From an uncultured Candidatus Rokubacteria bacterium (lineage in GTDB: Bacteria > Methylomirabilota > Methylomirabilia > Rokubacteriales > DASRDR01), in NCBI GenBank assembly GCA_963805625.1, contig CAWDVE010000017.1, forward strand, positions 768,001 to 832,000: a stretch of DNA of 64,000 nucleotides, given 5' to 3'. This document shows, piece by piece, positions 40,964 through 51,248 of the stretch (position 1 is its first letter; the number at the start of each line of letters is the position of its first letter). The notes beneath the pieces are model-generated. The model was not told where the DNA came from. It ran no database searches and worked only from the letters and a program-made list of their open reading frames with translations. The position numbers and the translations under genes are program-made.

Positions 40964-43258
40964 TCAGCGCCGGCGGCCGCCTCCGCCGCCCCCGCGACCG
41001 CCGCCCCCGCCCCCCGCCCGCGCCCCGCCGCTGGATGATCGCGCGCCGCCGGCCTGGCTGATCCCGCCGCTGCCGCCGCTGCGCTGATAGGAGGCCTCGC
41101 GAGCCGCTCCTGCGCTCCTGGCCTGCTGCTGGCGATTCAGGTCGGCCGCCGTCTCCTTCCCTTGGCCGAAATCGGCCCGGTTCCAGCCCTGTCCGGTGTT
41201 CTGCTCCCAGCCGTCGGCGCCGCGCCGGTAGGTGTTCCCGTCGCGCCCCGCGTAGACGTCATTGGAGCGCGGCGCGGCGCTGCGCTGCTGGGCGGTCTGC
41301 TGGGCCCGTTGCTGGGCCTGCTGGCGCTGCTGCGGCGTCAGCGACTGCGCCCGGCTCTCGAGGTTGGACCGCACCTGGTTCTGGTTCCAGCGGTTGTAGG
41401 CGTCGCTCCGGTTGATGTTGACGGTCCGGTCGATGTCCACGTCGCCGTACCCGCAGCAGCCCCAGGCCCCACCCCAGGCGGCCGCCGTCATCGCCCCGAA
41501 GGCGAAGCCCGTCACGGCGCCCCACCCGAACCCGGCGCCGTACCCGTAGGTCGGGGGAGGCGGATACCAGTACGCGCCGACGTAGACCGGGGGGTAGACG
41601 TAGCCGGTCCCGTAGACGACGACGCTGGACGGGGCGACCACGGTCCCGTAGTAGCCGGGCGTGTAGCCGACGTACACCGTCTGGGGGGTGCTGCTGTACA
41701 CGTGGACGTACGTCACGTAGTGCAAGGGGGAGCCGGGCGGGATCGTATAGATCACCGCCGGCACCGTCGTGGCCACGGTCCACGGCGCCATGGGCGCATT
41801 CGCCACGAACCACACCCCATCCTTGAGCGAGTAGTAGGTCTTCGCGTCGACCTGGATCACCGGGATGGGAGAGTTCACCGCGTGGTGGAGCGGCGTGCCC
41901 TCGATCGGCTCGAACTTCGGGGCCCCGTCGTACGTCGCCTTGTAGGTCGTCGCCGTCCGGCTCACCTCGGCGGTCTGGGGGATGCTGTTATCGATGAGGG
42001 CTTCCTTGGCCTGGGGCGTGCCCGGCACCGAAGCCAGAACGGCGCCCCGGGGGTGACTCTCCGGGATCTTGGCGAAGGCGGCGGGAAGCTTGTCGTGCGC
42101 GACGTACTCCCAGGGGCCCTCGGCCAGGGACGGGCTGCGGAACCACCGTCCCGACAGGAGCACGTAGTGGCGCTGATCCGCCGGGTCGAGCACGATGTTC
42201 GCGGACGAGTTCCGGACGTGGAGGAGGTCGCTTCCTTCGATGGGCTCGTAGTCGGGGCGGCCCTCGGTCTGGATCAGCTCGGCCGGCACCGTGCTGACGT
42301 GGACGGTCGGGAGCACGCCCCGCGCCGCGGCATCCTTCACTCCGGGGCCAGGATCGTCGAGGAGGTTCACTCGCTGGCTCTTGGCCACGGTCTGCATGGC
42401 GGCATCGAGCCCGGCGGGCGGCCGACCCGCCACGCTCCAGGGGCCGTCGAGGGTGTTGGCCTCGAACCACCGTCCGAGCGCCCGCAGGTAGTGCTTGCCG
42501 CTCTTCTGGTCCACGAGGATCAGCGCCCACGAGTTGACGACCCGCTGAAGGCTGGAGCCGTCGGCCTGGCGGAGGACGGGCTTGCCGTCCACGAGGACGA
42601 GGAGAGCTGGCGTCATGCTGAAGATGACGCGCGGCGGGTCGTTCTTGACCGCCTGAGGGGTGCCGGCGCTTCGCTGGGCCTCGGTGATGGCGAGCGCGGC
42701 CTGGACCCGGTCGAGCGAGATCCGCGACACCTCCCGAGGCAGACGCCGCTCGAGCACCTTCTGGTACTCGGCAGCCTGGTCGGGCTCCGACGGGAACACG
42801 ACCTTGTCGACCCGGAAGTCGGCGAGCGCGACCAGCCGGTTGACCTTGTCCACCTCGGCGCGCGCGGAGAACCACACGACGCCGAAGTGCTGGAGCGGCG
42901 ACGCCGTGCTCTCCACCGAGACGGCCGCGCGCGCGTGGAGGCGCGTGCCGTCCCACTTCTCGATCTGCGGCTGGTAGACGGTGAATGTCCGGCCTCCCTC
43001 CGTGGCTTCACGGGGCCAGGGGGCGTTCCCGGTCCCCTCCCGGGAGGCTGCCGGTCCGGCCGCAGTGGTCGGAGTGGCGGGCCGAGCCGCCGGGGAGGCG
43101 GGAGCGCTCGGAGGGGTGGCGGCTTTCGATGCCGGGGCGCCGGATGCCGGCATGGACGGCGCCTGTGCCCAGGCCGCGGGGACTGTCAGCTGACCCCCGA
43201 GGAAAAGGAGTGTCGCGACTGCCGTCCACCGCGTCGTCCACGTGATCATGAGTGTCAT
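40964..43258 (-). CDS. Large secreted hypothetical protein with aromatic-rich repeats and Q/R/G-rich tail
   Basis: Signal peptide, WPRE..TVYQPQIEKW, repeated Y...G.WF...L.GPW units, VYVGYTPGYYG, NDVYAGRDGNTYRR, low-complexity C-terminus. Confidence 0.75.
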   Translation of the reverse strand: MTLMITWTTRWTAVATLLFLGGQLTVPAAWAQAPSMPASGAPASKAATPPSAPASPAARPATPTTAAGPAASREGTGNAPWPREATEGGRTFTVYQPQIEKWDGTRLHARAAVSVESTASPLQHFGVVWFSARAEVDKVNRLVALADFRVDKVVFPSEPDQAAEYQKVLERRLPREVSRISLDRVQAALAITEAQRSAGTPQAVKNDPPRVIFSMTPALLVLVDGKPVLRQADGSSLQRVVNSWALILVDQKSGKHYLRALGRWFEANTLDGPWSVAGRPPAGLDAAMQTVAKSQRVNLLDDPGPGVKDAAARGVLPTVHVSTVPAELIQTEGRPDYEPIEGSDLLHVRNSSANIVLDPADQRHYVLLSGRWFRSPSLAEGPWEYVAHDKLPAAFAKIPESHPRGAVLASVPGTPQAKEALIDNSIPQTAEVSRTATTYKATYDGAPKFEPIEGTPLHHAVNSPIPVIQVDAKTYYSLKDGVWFVANAPMAPWTVATTVPAVIYTIPPGSPLHYVTYVHVYSSTPQTVYVGYTPGYYGTVVAPSSVVVYGTGYVYPPVYVGAYWYPPPPTYGYGAGFGWGAVTGFAFGAMTAAAWGGAWGCCGYGDVDIDRTVNINRSDAYNRWNQNQVRSNLESRAQSLTPQQRQQAQQRAQQTAQQRSAAPRSNDVYAGRDGNTYRRGADGWEQNTGQGWNRADFGQGKETAADLNRQQQARSAGAAREASYQRSGGSGGISQAGGARSSSGGARAGGGGGGRGGGGGGRRR

Positions 43259-43294
43259 CGGTCCCTCCACCCACCAGTCGCTACAAGGGCACAA

Positions 43295-44326
43295 CTATCT
43301 TGGCGTGAGGCTCTTGCTGAGCCAATCCAGGTAAATCTGCACGTACGCGTGCGATTCCTCCTCGATCCGCTTCCGAAGCAGTCGCGCCGTGAAGCCCTCC
43401 AGCAGGCTCGAGCGTCCGCGCATGCCCGCCAGCAGGTAGTATCCCTGGCCGTCGGGCGGCGTTCCCAGCCACAGCACGAGCAGCGAGGCGTCCACGTACC
43501 GGCTGGCGTAGAGCTGCTTGTTGGCGATGTAGATGTTCCCGCCCGGCTCCCGCTGGATCACGAGATGGTGCAGCGTGATCGACGGCTCGGATCCAATCCC
43601 CCCCTTGGCCCAGTAGAGAAACTGCTCGACGGGAAGGCCCGGAGCCTGCGGGAAGCGCTCGAGATACGTGGCCAGGGGATTGGCCAGCGCGTACAGGTTC
43701 GTGGCGCCTCGGATCAGCGTCCGGAACTCTTCGGCGACCGCGCGAGGCTGCCGCTCGTTGTGCGCGGCACCCAGCCCACCGTCCCCATTCCGCAAGTATG
43801 CCTCAGCGTAGCCCAGCATGAGCTGTCGGGTCAGCAGATTCGCCCGTCGTCCCGCGTCGGCCGCGGCCCAGTCCACATCGGCCCGAAACCGGGCGATGGC
43901 CCGGTCACCCAAGCGGAGGGCGCAGTCACCCGGTTGGCACCGTTGCAGGGCCGCGAGCTCTCCCGCGTCGAGGACAAGGTCTCCGAAGTCGTTGATCGTC
44001 GGGGATGCGCTCAGCTTGCGTGACACGCCCAGGTCGGCCGCCTTGCGGAACCCCTCCACGTCCCGGATCCAGCCGACGAGCCGTTCCTTGTCGTCGGGAA
44101 TCCGGACCGCGCCGGCGACGGCGATCTCCCGCCCTTGGGCCGGTATGGTCTTGACCACGGTCTGGCCGGCGCGCAGCTGACCGATCTCGGCCGCCGAGAA
44201 TCCGAGCCGCTCCATCAGCGCCCGCTCCATGTCGACCGGCTGAGACTGAGCGATCCGGGGACTCGACACGAAGACGGCACTTCCACACATGAGGATGAGG
44301 AGGACGATCCAGCGCGTACGGATCAC
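43295..44326 (-). CDS. Secreted hypothetical protein
   Basis: GGAGG RBS, signal peptide, C-x4-C, FLYWAK, KQLYASRYVDASL. Confidence 0.7.
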   Translation of the reverse strand: MIRTRWIVLLILMCGSAVFVSSPRIAQSQPVDMERALMERLGFSAAEIGQLRAGQTVVKTIPAQGREIAVAGAVRIPDDKERLVGWIRDVEGFRKAADLGVSRKLSASPTINDFGDLVLDAGELAALQRCQPGDCALRLGDRAIARFRADVDWAAADAGRRANLLTRQLMLGYAEAYLRNGDGGLGAAHNERQPRAVAEEFRTLIRGATNLYALANPLATYLERFPQAPGLPVEQFLYWAKGGIGSEPSITLHHLVIQREPGGNIYIANKQLYASRYVDASLLVLWLGTPPDGQGYYLLAGMRGRSSLLEGFTARLLRKRIEEESHAYVQIYLDWLSKSLTPR

Positions 44327-44457
44327 GACCTCCCGGTAGCCCCGAGGTTGCCCTGACTCAGGCCACTCGGTCGCTCGGATGGTCGAGGTACCTGTCCGAG
44401 GACCGTGAGCGACGAGGGCCTCCGGGACCGTCTCTCAACCCTGGAGGGAGCCCGAGC

Positions 44458-45102
44458 CTACCAACGGATCGTGAATCCACCCGCCACGTGGACCGTCTCG
44501 ATGTCGAACTCCGTGGTCCTTCCGCCGGGATTCGTGCTGAACACCGTGTAGCGGCCCTCGACGAACGTTCCGAAGGCCGGGGTGATCATGAACGTGATGC
44601 CTGCGCGCGCGTCGACGCCGACCTCGAACTGCCAATCCGAGCTCTGCTCGCCGAGCCCCGGAACGTCCACCTTCACGCTCGTGAGGAAGAACCCCGGCCC
44701 CACGCCGAGATAGGGCTGGAGTCGGCCCTTCGGGAACTCGGGGCTCTCGAAGAGGGGCAGGCGAAACATCACGAGCGGCGACAAGGGGACGACCTCCAAG
44801 CGCGTTTCGGCCGTCGTTCCTTGCCCAGCCGGCGCGAAGTAGGACACATCCGCGGCCACGCCCAGCCAGCGGAGGCCCTCGAGCCAGTAGCCGAGGCGCG
44901 CCCCGCCCATGCCTTCCGTATCGAACTTGACCTTGTCGTCAAAGGTCGTGCCGTTGCGGACGGTCACATCGGCGTCGGCAGTCATCGAGGCGCCGCCGTA
45001 GACATCCACGAACCACTCCGCGGACGCCGGACGGACCGCGATGACGCTGGAACCGAGGCCGATCATCATGACTGCCAGGCGCCAGAGCTGGACTCTTCGC
45101 AT
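44458..45102 (-). CDS. Small outer membrane beta-barrel protein (OmpA/OmpW-like)
   Basis: GGAGGAG RBS, signal peptide ASA-EW, QPYLGVGPG, FVEGRY, terminal W. Confidence 0.8.
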   Translation of the reverse strand: MRRVQLWRLAVMMIGLGSSVIAVRPASAEWFVDVYGGASMTADADVTVRNGTTFDDKVKFDTEGMGGARLGYWLEGLRWLGVAADVSYFAPAGQGTTAETRLEVVPLSPLVMFRLPLFESPEFPKGRLQPYLGVGPGFFLTSVKVDVPGLGEQSSDWQFEVGVDARAGITFMITPAFGTFVEGRYTVFSTNPGGRTTEFDIETVHVAGGFTIRW

Positions 45103-45158
45103 GTGCACATGCTCCTCCACGGCATCGAGGATGGTAATTGCCCAATGTCCAACTGAGT

Positions 45159-45173
45159 GCAACACGCGTGCCC
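45159..45173 (-). promoter_or_regulatory. Candidate sigma-54 promoter
   Basis: Minus strand GGGCACGCGTGTTGC (GG-N10-GC with TTGC), about 57 bp upstream of the beta-barrel start. Confidence 0.55.
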
Positions 45174-45291
45174 TCTGCTCCATGTCGGAAACTGCCCGTG
45201 CCATCAGCATTGCAGGGGCGTCCGCGACCGGGCTCGCCACCATCGGGAACGGCGCCCGCCGTATTCGACGGCACACGGAAAGCTCACCCCC

Positions 45292-46542
45292 TCAGACCTC
45301 CGGCGCCCGGGGGACGGCGTCCGCCTCTCTCGTGAGTGCGAGCCCGACGAGGACGTAGCCGGCCACCGCCGCGACGAGCGACGCCGCCAGAATGCCGACG
45401 ACCGCCTTCACCGCCAGCTCGGGCGCGTCCTCGGCGAACGCCAGGTTCGCGATGAACAGGCTCATCGTGAACCCGATCCCGCACAGGACCGAGACGCCGA
45501 AGAGCGAGCCCCAGCTCGCCCCTTCCGGCATGCGGGCGATCCGAAGGCCGATCGCCGCGCCGCTCAGCAGGAACACGCCGACCGTCTTGCCGACGAGGAG
45601 CCCCGCGGCGATTCCGAGCGACACTGGGTCGAGGAGCGAGCCGAGCGACAGGCCTCGGATCGACACGCCCGCATTCGCGAAGGCGAAGACGGGCAGGATC
45701 CCGAACGCCACCACGGGATGGAGATCGTGCTCGAGCTGGCGGAGGGGCGACGTTCCCTCCGCCTCGCCGGTCCGCATCGGGATGAACAGGGCGAGCGCCG
45801 CGCCCGCGAGCGTGGCGTGGATCCCGGACTTCAGCACCGCCACCCACAGCACGAGGCCGATGAAGAAGTACGCGGGAATCGCTCGGACACGGGTCGCATT
45901 GAGCACCGCCAGCAACAGGATCGCCGCCGCGGCGACACCGAGCGATAGCCAGGACAGGCGCTCGGTGTAGAAGAGCGCGATGATCACGATCGTCCCCAGG
46001 TCGTCCAGGATCGCCAGGGTCAGGACGAACACCTTGAGGCCCCGGGGCACCCGCGGGCCGAGCAGCGAGAGAACGCCGAGCGCGAACGCGATGTCGGTCG
46101 CCGCCGGGATCGCCCAGCCGTTGACACCCACGGGATCGCCCCGATTGAGCCACCAGTAGATCGCCGACGGCGCAGCCATGCCGCCCGCGGCCGCGAACGC
46201 GGGAAGGGCGAGCTGGGCCGGATTCGCGAGATCGCCTTCCATCACCTCTCGCTTGATCTCGAGCCCGACCAGGAAGAAGAAGACCGCCATCAATCCGTCG
46301 TTGATCCACACGACCAGGGGCTTCGCGATCCTGAGCGCGCCGATCCGGACCTCGACCGGCGTCTCCAGGAACGCCTGGTAGAGGCCCTCGGCGCGGGTGT
46401 TGGCGAGGACCAGCGCGACGACTGTCGCGAGCATCAGGATGATGCCGCCCGCCGCCTGAAGTCGCAGGAATTCGCGGATGGCGCCGGCGGTCAGATCGCT
46501 AGCCTCGCTGATGTAGTCGGCCGGCGTCCGCAGCTTTCTCAC
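45292..46542 (-). CDS. nhaA: Na+/H+ antiporter NhaA
   Basis: WINDGLMAVFFFLVGLEIKRE, GWAIPAATDIAFALG, LAILDDLG, SGIHATLAG, CGIGFTMSLFI. Confidence 0.95.
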   Translation of the reverse strand: MRKLRTPADYISEASDLTAGAIREFLRLQAAGGIILMLATVVALVLANTRAEGLYQAFLETPVEVRIGALRIAKPLVVWINDGLMAVFFFLVGLEIKREVMEGDLANPAQLALPAFAAAGGMAAPSAIYWWLNRGDPVGVNGWAIPAATDIAFALGVLSLLGPRVPRGLKVFVLTLAILDDLGTIVIIALFYTERLSWLSLGVAAAAILLLAVLNATRVRAIPAYFFIGLVLWVAVLKSGIHATLAGAALALFIPMRTGEAEGTSPLRQLEHDLHPVVAFGILPVFAFANAGVSIRGLSLGSLLDPVSLGIAAGLLVGKTVGVFLLSGAAIGLRIARMPEGASWGSLFGVSVLCGIGFTMSLFIANLAFAEDAPELAVKAVVGILAASLVAAVAGYVLVGLALTREADAVPRAPEV

Positions 46543-46672
46543 GATTGGCCCCGTCCGGCATGATGCCCCTTGGGCATGGTCACGGCCGGGGGACGGCGAC
46601 CGGAGGGCCCACGAAGCCGCACTGACGTTCGCGCTGGGCCGCTCTTCAGGCTGGCGGGACGGTTCACGCTTC

Positions 46673-48067
46673 CTATTGCGCCCAGCCGCCTCCGAGGGCC
46701 CGGTAGAGCCCGACCAGCGTCAGGAGCTCGTCCCGCTGGACCAGCGCCAGGTCCAGCTCCGCGGAGAAGAGCTGGCGCTCGTTGTCCAGGACCTCGAGAT
46801 AATTGGTCACGCCCCCGTCGTAGCGGAGGTTCGAGAGCTGCGTGGCGTTCCGCAGCACCTGGACGAGGGTCTCCTGCTCCCGTCGGGCCTCCTGCCGCTT
46901 GCGATGACCGACCAGGGAATCGGACACCTCGCGGAGAGCCTGCTGGACGGTCTGCTGATAGCGGGCGACGGCCTCCTGGACGCGGGCCTCCGCGGAGTCG
47001 ACCCCGGCCTGGACGCGGCCCATGTTGAAGATCGGCACCGAGAGCGTGGGGCCGATCCCGAAGAAGCCCATGGGGCCGAAGGACACGCTGTTCTGGACGC
47101 CTCCCGCCACGCCGATCGAGCCGAGGAGGAAGATACGCGGGAAGAAGTCGGACTTGGCCACGCCGATCCGCGCGTTGGCCGCGACCAGTTGCTGCTCGGC
47201 GAGGCGGATGTCGGGCCGCCGCTCGAGCAGGGCGGCCGGCAGGCCGGCAGGAACGGAGGGCCGGCTGATCTGCCCTTCCAGCGCCCGGCCGCGCGAGATC
47301 GGTCCGGGGTTTCGGCCGATGAGCACGCTGATGAGATTCTCCGTCTGCTCGATCTGCCGTTCGAAGTCCGGGATCTCCCGCAAGGCCCCCGAGAGCAGCG
47401 TCTCGGCCTGGTACACGTCCATCATCGACACCACGCCGCCTTCCTCGCGGAGCTGGACGAGCCGCAGGGAGTCCTGGCGGAGCCCGACGGTCCGGCGGGC
47501 GATTTCCAGGCTGAGGTCCAGGGTCCGCAGCTGGAAGTACGCGATGGCCACGCTGGAGACGAGGTTGCTCAGGACCACGTGGCGGCCTTCCTCGGTTGCG
47601 AGCAGCTCGGCGCGGGCTGCCTCGGTGGCCCGACGCCACCGGCCCCAGAAATCGAGCTCGAAGGAGAGGTTGACGCTGCCCTGCGGGAGGAACGAGTTCT
47701 CGAGGGTGAAGAGCGGCGGCCGATCGCCCTCGGTGGCCTGGAAGGGTGCCTGGGCCGACCCGTCGATCGTGGGGAACTGGAACGAGCGGGTGGCGACCAC
47801 CTGGGCCTGGGCGTCCAGGATGCGCGCCGCGGCGAGCCGGAGGTCGTAGTTCTCGGCCAGCGCGGTCCGGATCAGCGTCTGGAGGGCCTCGTCCTCGAAG
47901 AGCGTCCACCAGGCGACGTCGGCGAGCGACCCCGGCTCGCCGGGCGCCGCGGGATCGAGCCCGCGGTAGAAGGACGGCAGCGACACCTCCGGCCGGCGAT
48001 AGTCGGGCCCGACCGTGCACGCGACGAGGACGATCGGGATCAGCGCCAGCAGGAGACCGCGTCTCAC
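46673..48067 (-). CDS. RND outer membrane factor lipoprotein (NodT/OprM-like)
   Basis: GTG at 48067 overlaps the permease stop; LVACTVGPDY lipobox, LLERRPDIRLAE, LYRALGGGW. Confidence 0.9.
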   Translation of the reverse strand: MRRGLLLALIPIVLVACTVGPDYRRPEVSLPSFYRGLDPAAPGEPGSLADVAWWTLFEDEALQTLIRTALAENYDLRLAAARILDAQAQVVATRSFQFPTIDGSAQAPFQATEGDRPPLFTLENSFLPQGSVNLSFELDFWGRWRRATEAARAELLATEEGRHVVLSNLVSSVAIAYFQLRTLDLSLEIARRTVGLRQDSLRLVQLREEGGVVSMMDVYQAETLLSGALREIPDFERQIEQTENLISVLIGRNPGPISRGRALEGQISRPSVPAGLPAALLERRPDIRLAEQQLVAANARIGVAKSDFFPRIFLLGSIGVAGGVQNSVSFGPMGFFGIGPTLSVPIFNMGRVQAGVDSAEARVQEAVARYQQTVQQALREVSDSLVGHRKRQEARREQETLVQVLRNATQLSNLRYDGGVTNYLEVLDNERQLFSAELDLALVQRDELLTLVGLYRALGGGWAQ

Positions 48068-51000
48068 GGGTGCTCCCCCCGGAACGCCGCCTCTGCTGGC
48101 TCGGGCACGGGACCCTTGGCGGGGCCCTTCGCCCGCTTGTGGCGCCGCCCCAGCTGCTCCACGAAGGCGAAGTTGCCCGGAATGATGAACACGCCGAGGA
48201 ACGTGGCGACCAGCATGCCCCAGAAGACCGCCGTGCCCATGACGTTCTGCGCCCCGGCCCCGGCCCCGCTGGCGAGGATGAGCGGGACCACGCCCAGGAT
48301 GAAGGCGAAGGCCGTCATCAGGATGGGCCGGAAGCGGAGCCGGGCGGCCTCCAGCGCGGCCTCCTGCGGCGGCTTGCCCTCCTCGTGCCTCACCTTCGCC
48401 ACCTCGACGATGAGGATCGCGTTCTTGGCCGCGAGGCCGATGAGCATGATCAGTCCGACCTGGACGTACACGTTGTTGTCGTAGCCCGCGAGCCAGACGC
48501 CGAAGAAGGCGCCGAGCGCGACCAGTGGCGAGCCGAGGAGCACGGCCCACGGCAGGCGCCAGCTCTCGTACATCGCGGCCAGCAGGAGGAACACGAAGAC
48601 GATGGCCATGACGAACGTCGGGCCCGCGGGCGGCGCGACCTTCTCCTGGTAGGAGAGCTTCGAGTAGGCGAAGCCCATCTCCTTCGGCATCGTCTTCGAG
48701 AAGACGTCCTCGAGGACCGCCAGGGCCTGACCGGAGGTGTAGCCGCGTCCGGGGACTCCGCTGATCTCCACCGAGCGGAACAGGTTGAAGCGGGTGGTGA
48801 TCTCCGTGCTCGGCACTTCCCGGATCGTCACGAGGGTCGAGAGCGGGATCATGGTGTTCGTGGTGTTGCTGCGCACGTAGATCTGCCCGATGTCGTCGGG
48901 CTTGCGGCGATAGTCGGCGTCCGCCTGGACGTAGACCCGGAACAGCCGCCCGAAGCGGTTGAAGTCGTTCACGTAGGCGCCGCCCAGCACGGCGGACATG
49001 GCCTGGAACACGTCGTTGATGGGGATCCCGAGGGTGCGCGCCTTCTCCCGGTCGAGCTCCACCTTCACCTGGGGGTAGTTCGGATCGAACGACGTGAAGA
49101 GGTTCGCGAGCTCGGGTCGCTGGCGCGCCTCGGCCAGGAAATTGCGTGTCTGGGCGCCGAGATCTTCCACCGTGAGCGTACCGCTGCGATCCTGGAGCAG
49201 GAAGTTGAAGCCGGCCGAAGCGCCGAAGCCTGCGATCGTGGGGATGTTGAAGGGGAAGATGACCGCCTCCGGGATCGCCGCGAACTGCGGGACGAGGTGT
49301 CCGATGATCCCCTTCACGTGCAAGGCCTCGCCGTGGCGCTCCTCCCAGTCCTTCAGCCGGATCAGGATGGTCCCGAAGTTCGGCTGGTAGGTATTCGTCA
49401 CGAGCCCGAATCCGCCGATCGTCGTATAAGCGTCGACGCCCTCCGTCTTCGCCACGATCTGCTCCACCCGGGTCAGGATGGCGCCCGTCCGCTCGAGGGA
49501 CGCGCCGGGCGGGAGCTGCACATTGACGCCCAAGAGACCCTGATCCTCATCGGGGATGAATCCCGCCGGCAGCGCGCGCCCGAAGAGTCCGGCGCCGACG
49601 GCCACGATGAGGACGATCAGGATCGTCAGCACCGCACGCCGGACCAGAAGCCGGGCCACGCCGATGTAACCGTTGGTCACCCGGTCGAACACCCAGTTGA
49701 AGCCCCGGAAGAACCAGCCGAGCGGCCCGCGCCCGGGTCCGTGCCCGGGCTTGAGGAGCAAGACGGAGAGGGCGGGCGAGAGCGAGAGCGCGCTGAATGC
49801 CGAGAGCAGCACCGAGATGGCGATCGTCAGCGCGAACTGCTGGTACATCCGGCCGGTGAGGCCGCCCAGGAAGGCGACGGGCACGAACACGGCCGAGAGG
49901 ATGAGGGCGATCCCGACGACCGGGCCGGACACTTCCTTCATGGCCTGGATCGTCGCCGCCCGCGGGTCGAGCCCGTGTTCCATGTGATGGATCACGGCCT
50001 CCACCACGACGATGGCGTCGTCGACCACGATGCCGATCGCAAGCACGAGGCCGAACATCGAGAGCGTGTTGACCGAGAAGCCCAGCATCGGGAAGAAAAT
50101 GAAGGTACCGATGATCGACACGGGCACCGTCAGGAGCGGGATGATCGTCGCCCGGACGTTCTGGAGGAAGATGAACACCACCAGCGTGACGAGGATGAGC
50201 GCCTCGACGAAGGTGTGGACGATCGACTCGATCGAGGCCTCGACGGCCGGCGTCGTGTCGTAGACGATCTTGTAGTCCATGTCGGGCGGGAAGAGCGTCT
50301 TGGCCCGCACCATGGTTTCGTAGATCTGCTTCGACGCCTCGAGCTGATTCGCCCCCGGGAGGAGGTAGACGGCCATCGACCCGGCCGGCTTGCCGTCCAG
50401 CCGGCCGAACGAGTTGTAGTCCTGGGAGCCGAGCTCCGCCCGGCCCACGTCCTTGATTCGGACCTGGGCGGCGGTCGCGGTGCCCCGGATGATGATGTTC
50501 TCGAACTCCTCCGTGGTGATCAGGCGGCCCGGCGCGGCCACGGTGTAGGTGAACTGCTGGTCCTTGGGGGAGGGCGCTCCGCCGACCCGCCCGGCTGGCG
50601 CCTGGAGGTTCTGCTCCTTGATCGCCGAGATCACGTCGGCCGGCGTCAGCCCGAGCTTGGCCAGCTTGTTGGGCTCGAGCCAGACGCGCATGCCGTAGTC
50701 GGTGCCGCCGAAGAGATCGACCTGGGCGATCCCGGGGATGCGGAGGATCTGGTCCCGCAGGTTGATGCCGCAGTAGTTGATGAGGAAGTTCGCGTCGTAG
50801 CTCCCCCTGGGCGAGTTGACCGAGATGACCATCAAGATGCTGGGGCTCTGCTTCTTGACGGTGACCCCCTGCTGGATCACCTCCTGGGGGAGCCGGGCCT
50901 GGGCCACCGTGACCCGGTTCTGCGTGAGGACGTTGGCGGTGTCCTGGTCGACGCCGACCTCGAAGCTGACGTCGAGGAGCATGCGGCCGTCGCTCGTGTT

Positions 51001-51243
51001 CGACGACTGCATGTAGATCATCTTGTCGACGCCGTTGACTTCTTGCTCGATCGGGGTCGCGACCGACTGCTCCACCGCGACCGCCGAGGCGCCCGGGTAG
51101 GTCGCCGTGACCCGGATCGACGGAGGGGCGAGGAAGGGATATTGCTCGAAGGCGAGCTTGAGGAGCGAGGCGGTCCCGAGCAGGACCGTGAGGATCGCGA
51201 TGACGATCGCGACGATCGGGCGGCGGATGAAGAACTGCGCCAT
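48064..51243 (-). CDS. RND efflux permease (HAE1, AcrB/MexF-like)
   Basis: FFIRRPIVA, LAIGIVVDDAIVVVE, GLAAKNAILIVE, RFRPILMT. Confidence 0.95.
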   Translation of the reverse strand: MAQFFIRRPIVAIVIAILTVLLGTASLLKLAFEQYPFLAPPSIRVTATYPGASAVAVEQSVATPIEQEVNGVDKMIYMQSSNTSDGRMLLDVSFEVGVDQDTANVLTQNRVTVAQARLPQEVIQQGVTVKKQSPSILMVISVNSPRGSYDANFLINYCGINLRDQILRIPGIAQVDLFGGTDYGMRVWLEPNKLAKLGLTPADVISAIKEQNLQAPAGRVGGAPSPKDQQFTYTVAAPGRLITTEEFENIIIRGTATAAQVRIKDVGRAELGSQDYNSFGRLDGKPAGSMAVYLLPGANQLEASKQIYETMVRAKTLFPPDMDYKIVYDTTPAVEASIESIVHTFVEALILVTLVVFIFLQNVRATIIPLLTVPVSIIGTFIFFPMLGFSVNTLSMFGLVLAIGIVVDDAIVVVEAVIHHMEHGLDPRAATIQAMKEVSGPVVGIALILSAVFVPVAFLGGLTGRMYQQFALTIAISVLLSAFSALSLSPALSVLLLKPGHGPGRGPLGWFFRGFNWVFDRVTNGYIGVARLLVRRAVLTILIVLIVAVGAGLFGRALPAGFIPDEDQGLLGVNVQLPPGASLERTGAILTRVEQIVAKTEGVDAYTTIGGFGLVTNTYQPNFGTILIRLKDWEERHGEALHVKGIIGHLVPQFAAIPEAVIFPFNIPTIAGFGASAGFNFLLQDRSGTLTVEDLGAQTRNFLAEARQRPELANLFTSFDPNYPQVKVELDREKARTLGIPINDVFQAMSAVLGGAYVNDFNRFGRLFRVYVQADADYRRKPDDIGQIYVRSNTTNTMIPLSTLVTIREVPSTEITTRFNLFRSVEISGVPGRGYTSGQALAVLEDVFSKTMPKEMGFAYSKLSYQEKVAPPAGPTFVMAIVFVFLLLAAMYESWRLPWAVLLGSPLVALGAFFGVWLAGYDNNVYVQVGLIMLIGLAAKNAILIVEVAKVRHEEGKPPQEAALEAARLRFRPILMTAFAFILGVVPLILASGAGAGAQNVMGTAVFWGMLVATFLGVFIIPGNFAFVEQLGRRHKRAKGPAKGPVPEPAEAAFRGEHP

Positions 51244-51248
51244 CGGGC

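Noticed and set aside
40964-41080. C/G-rich low-complexity tract as a DNA repeat element
   Set aside because: Explained by the Gly/Arg tail codons of the secreted protein.
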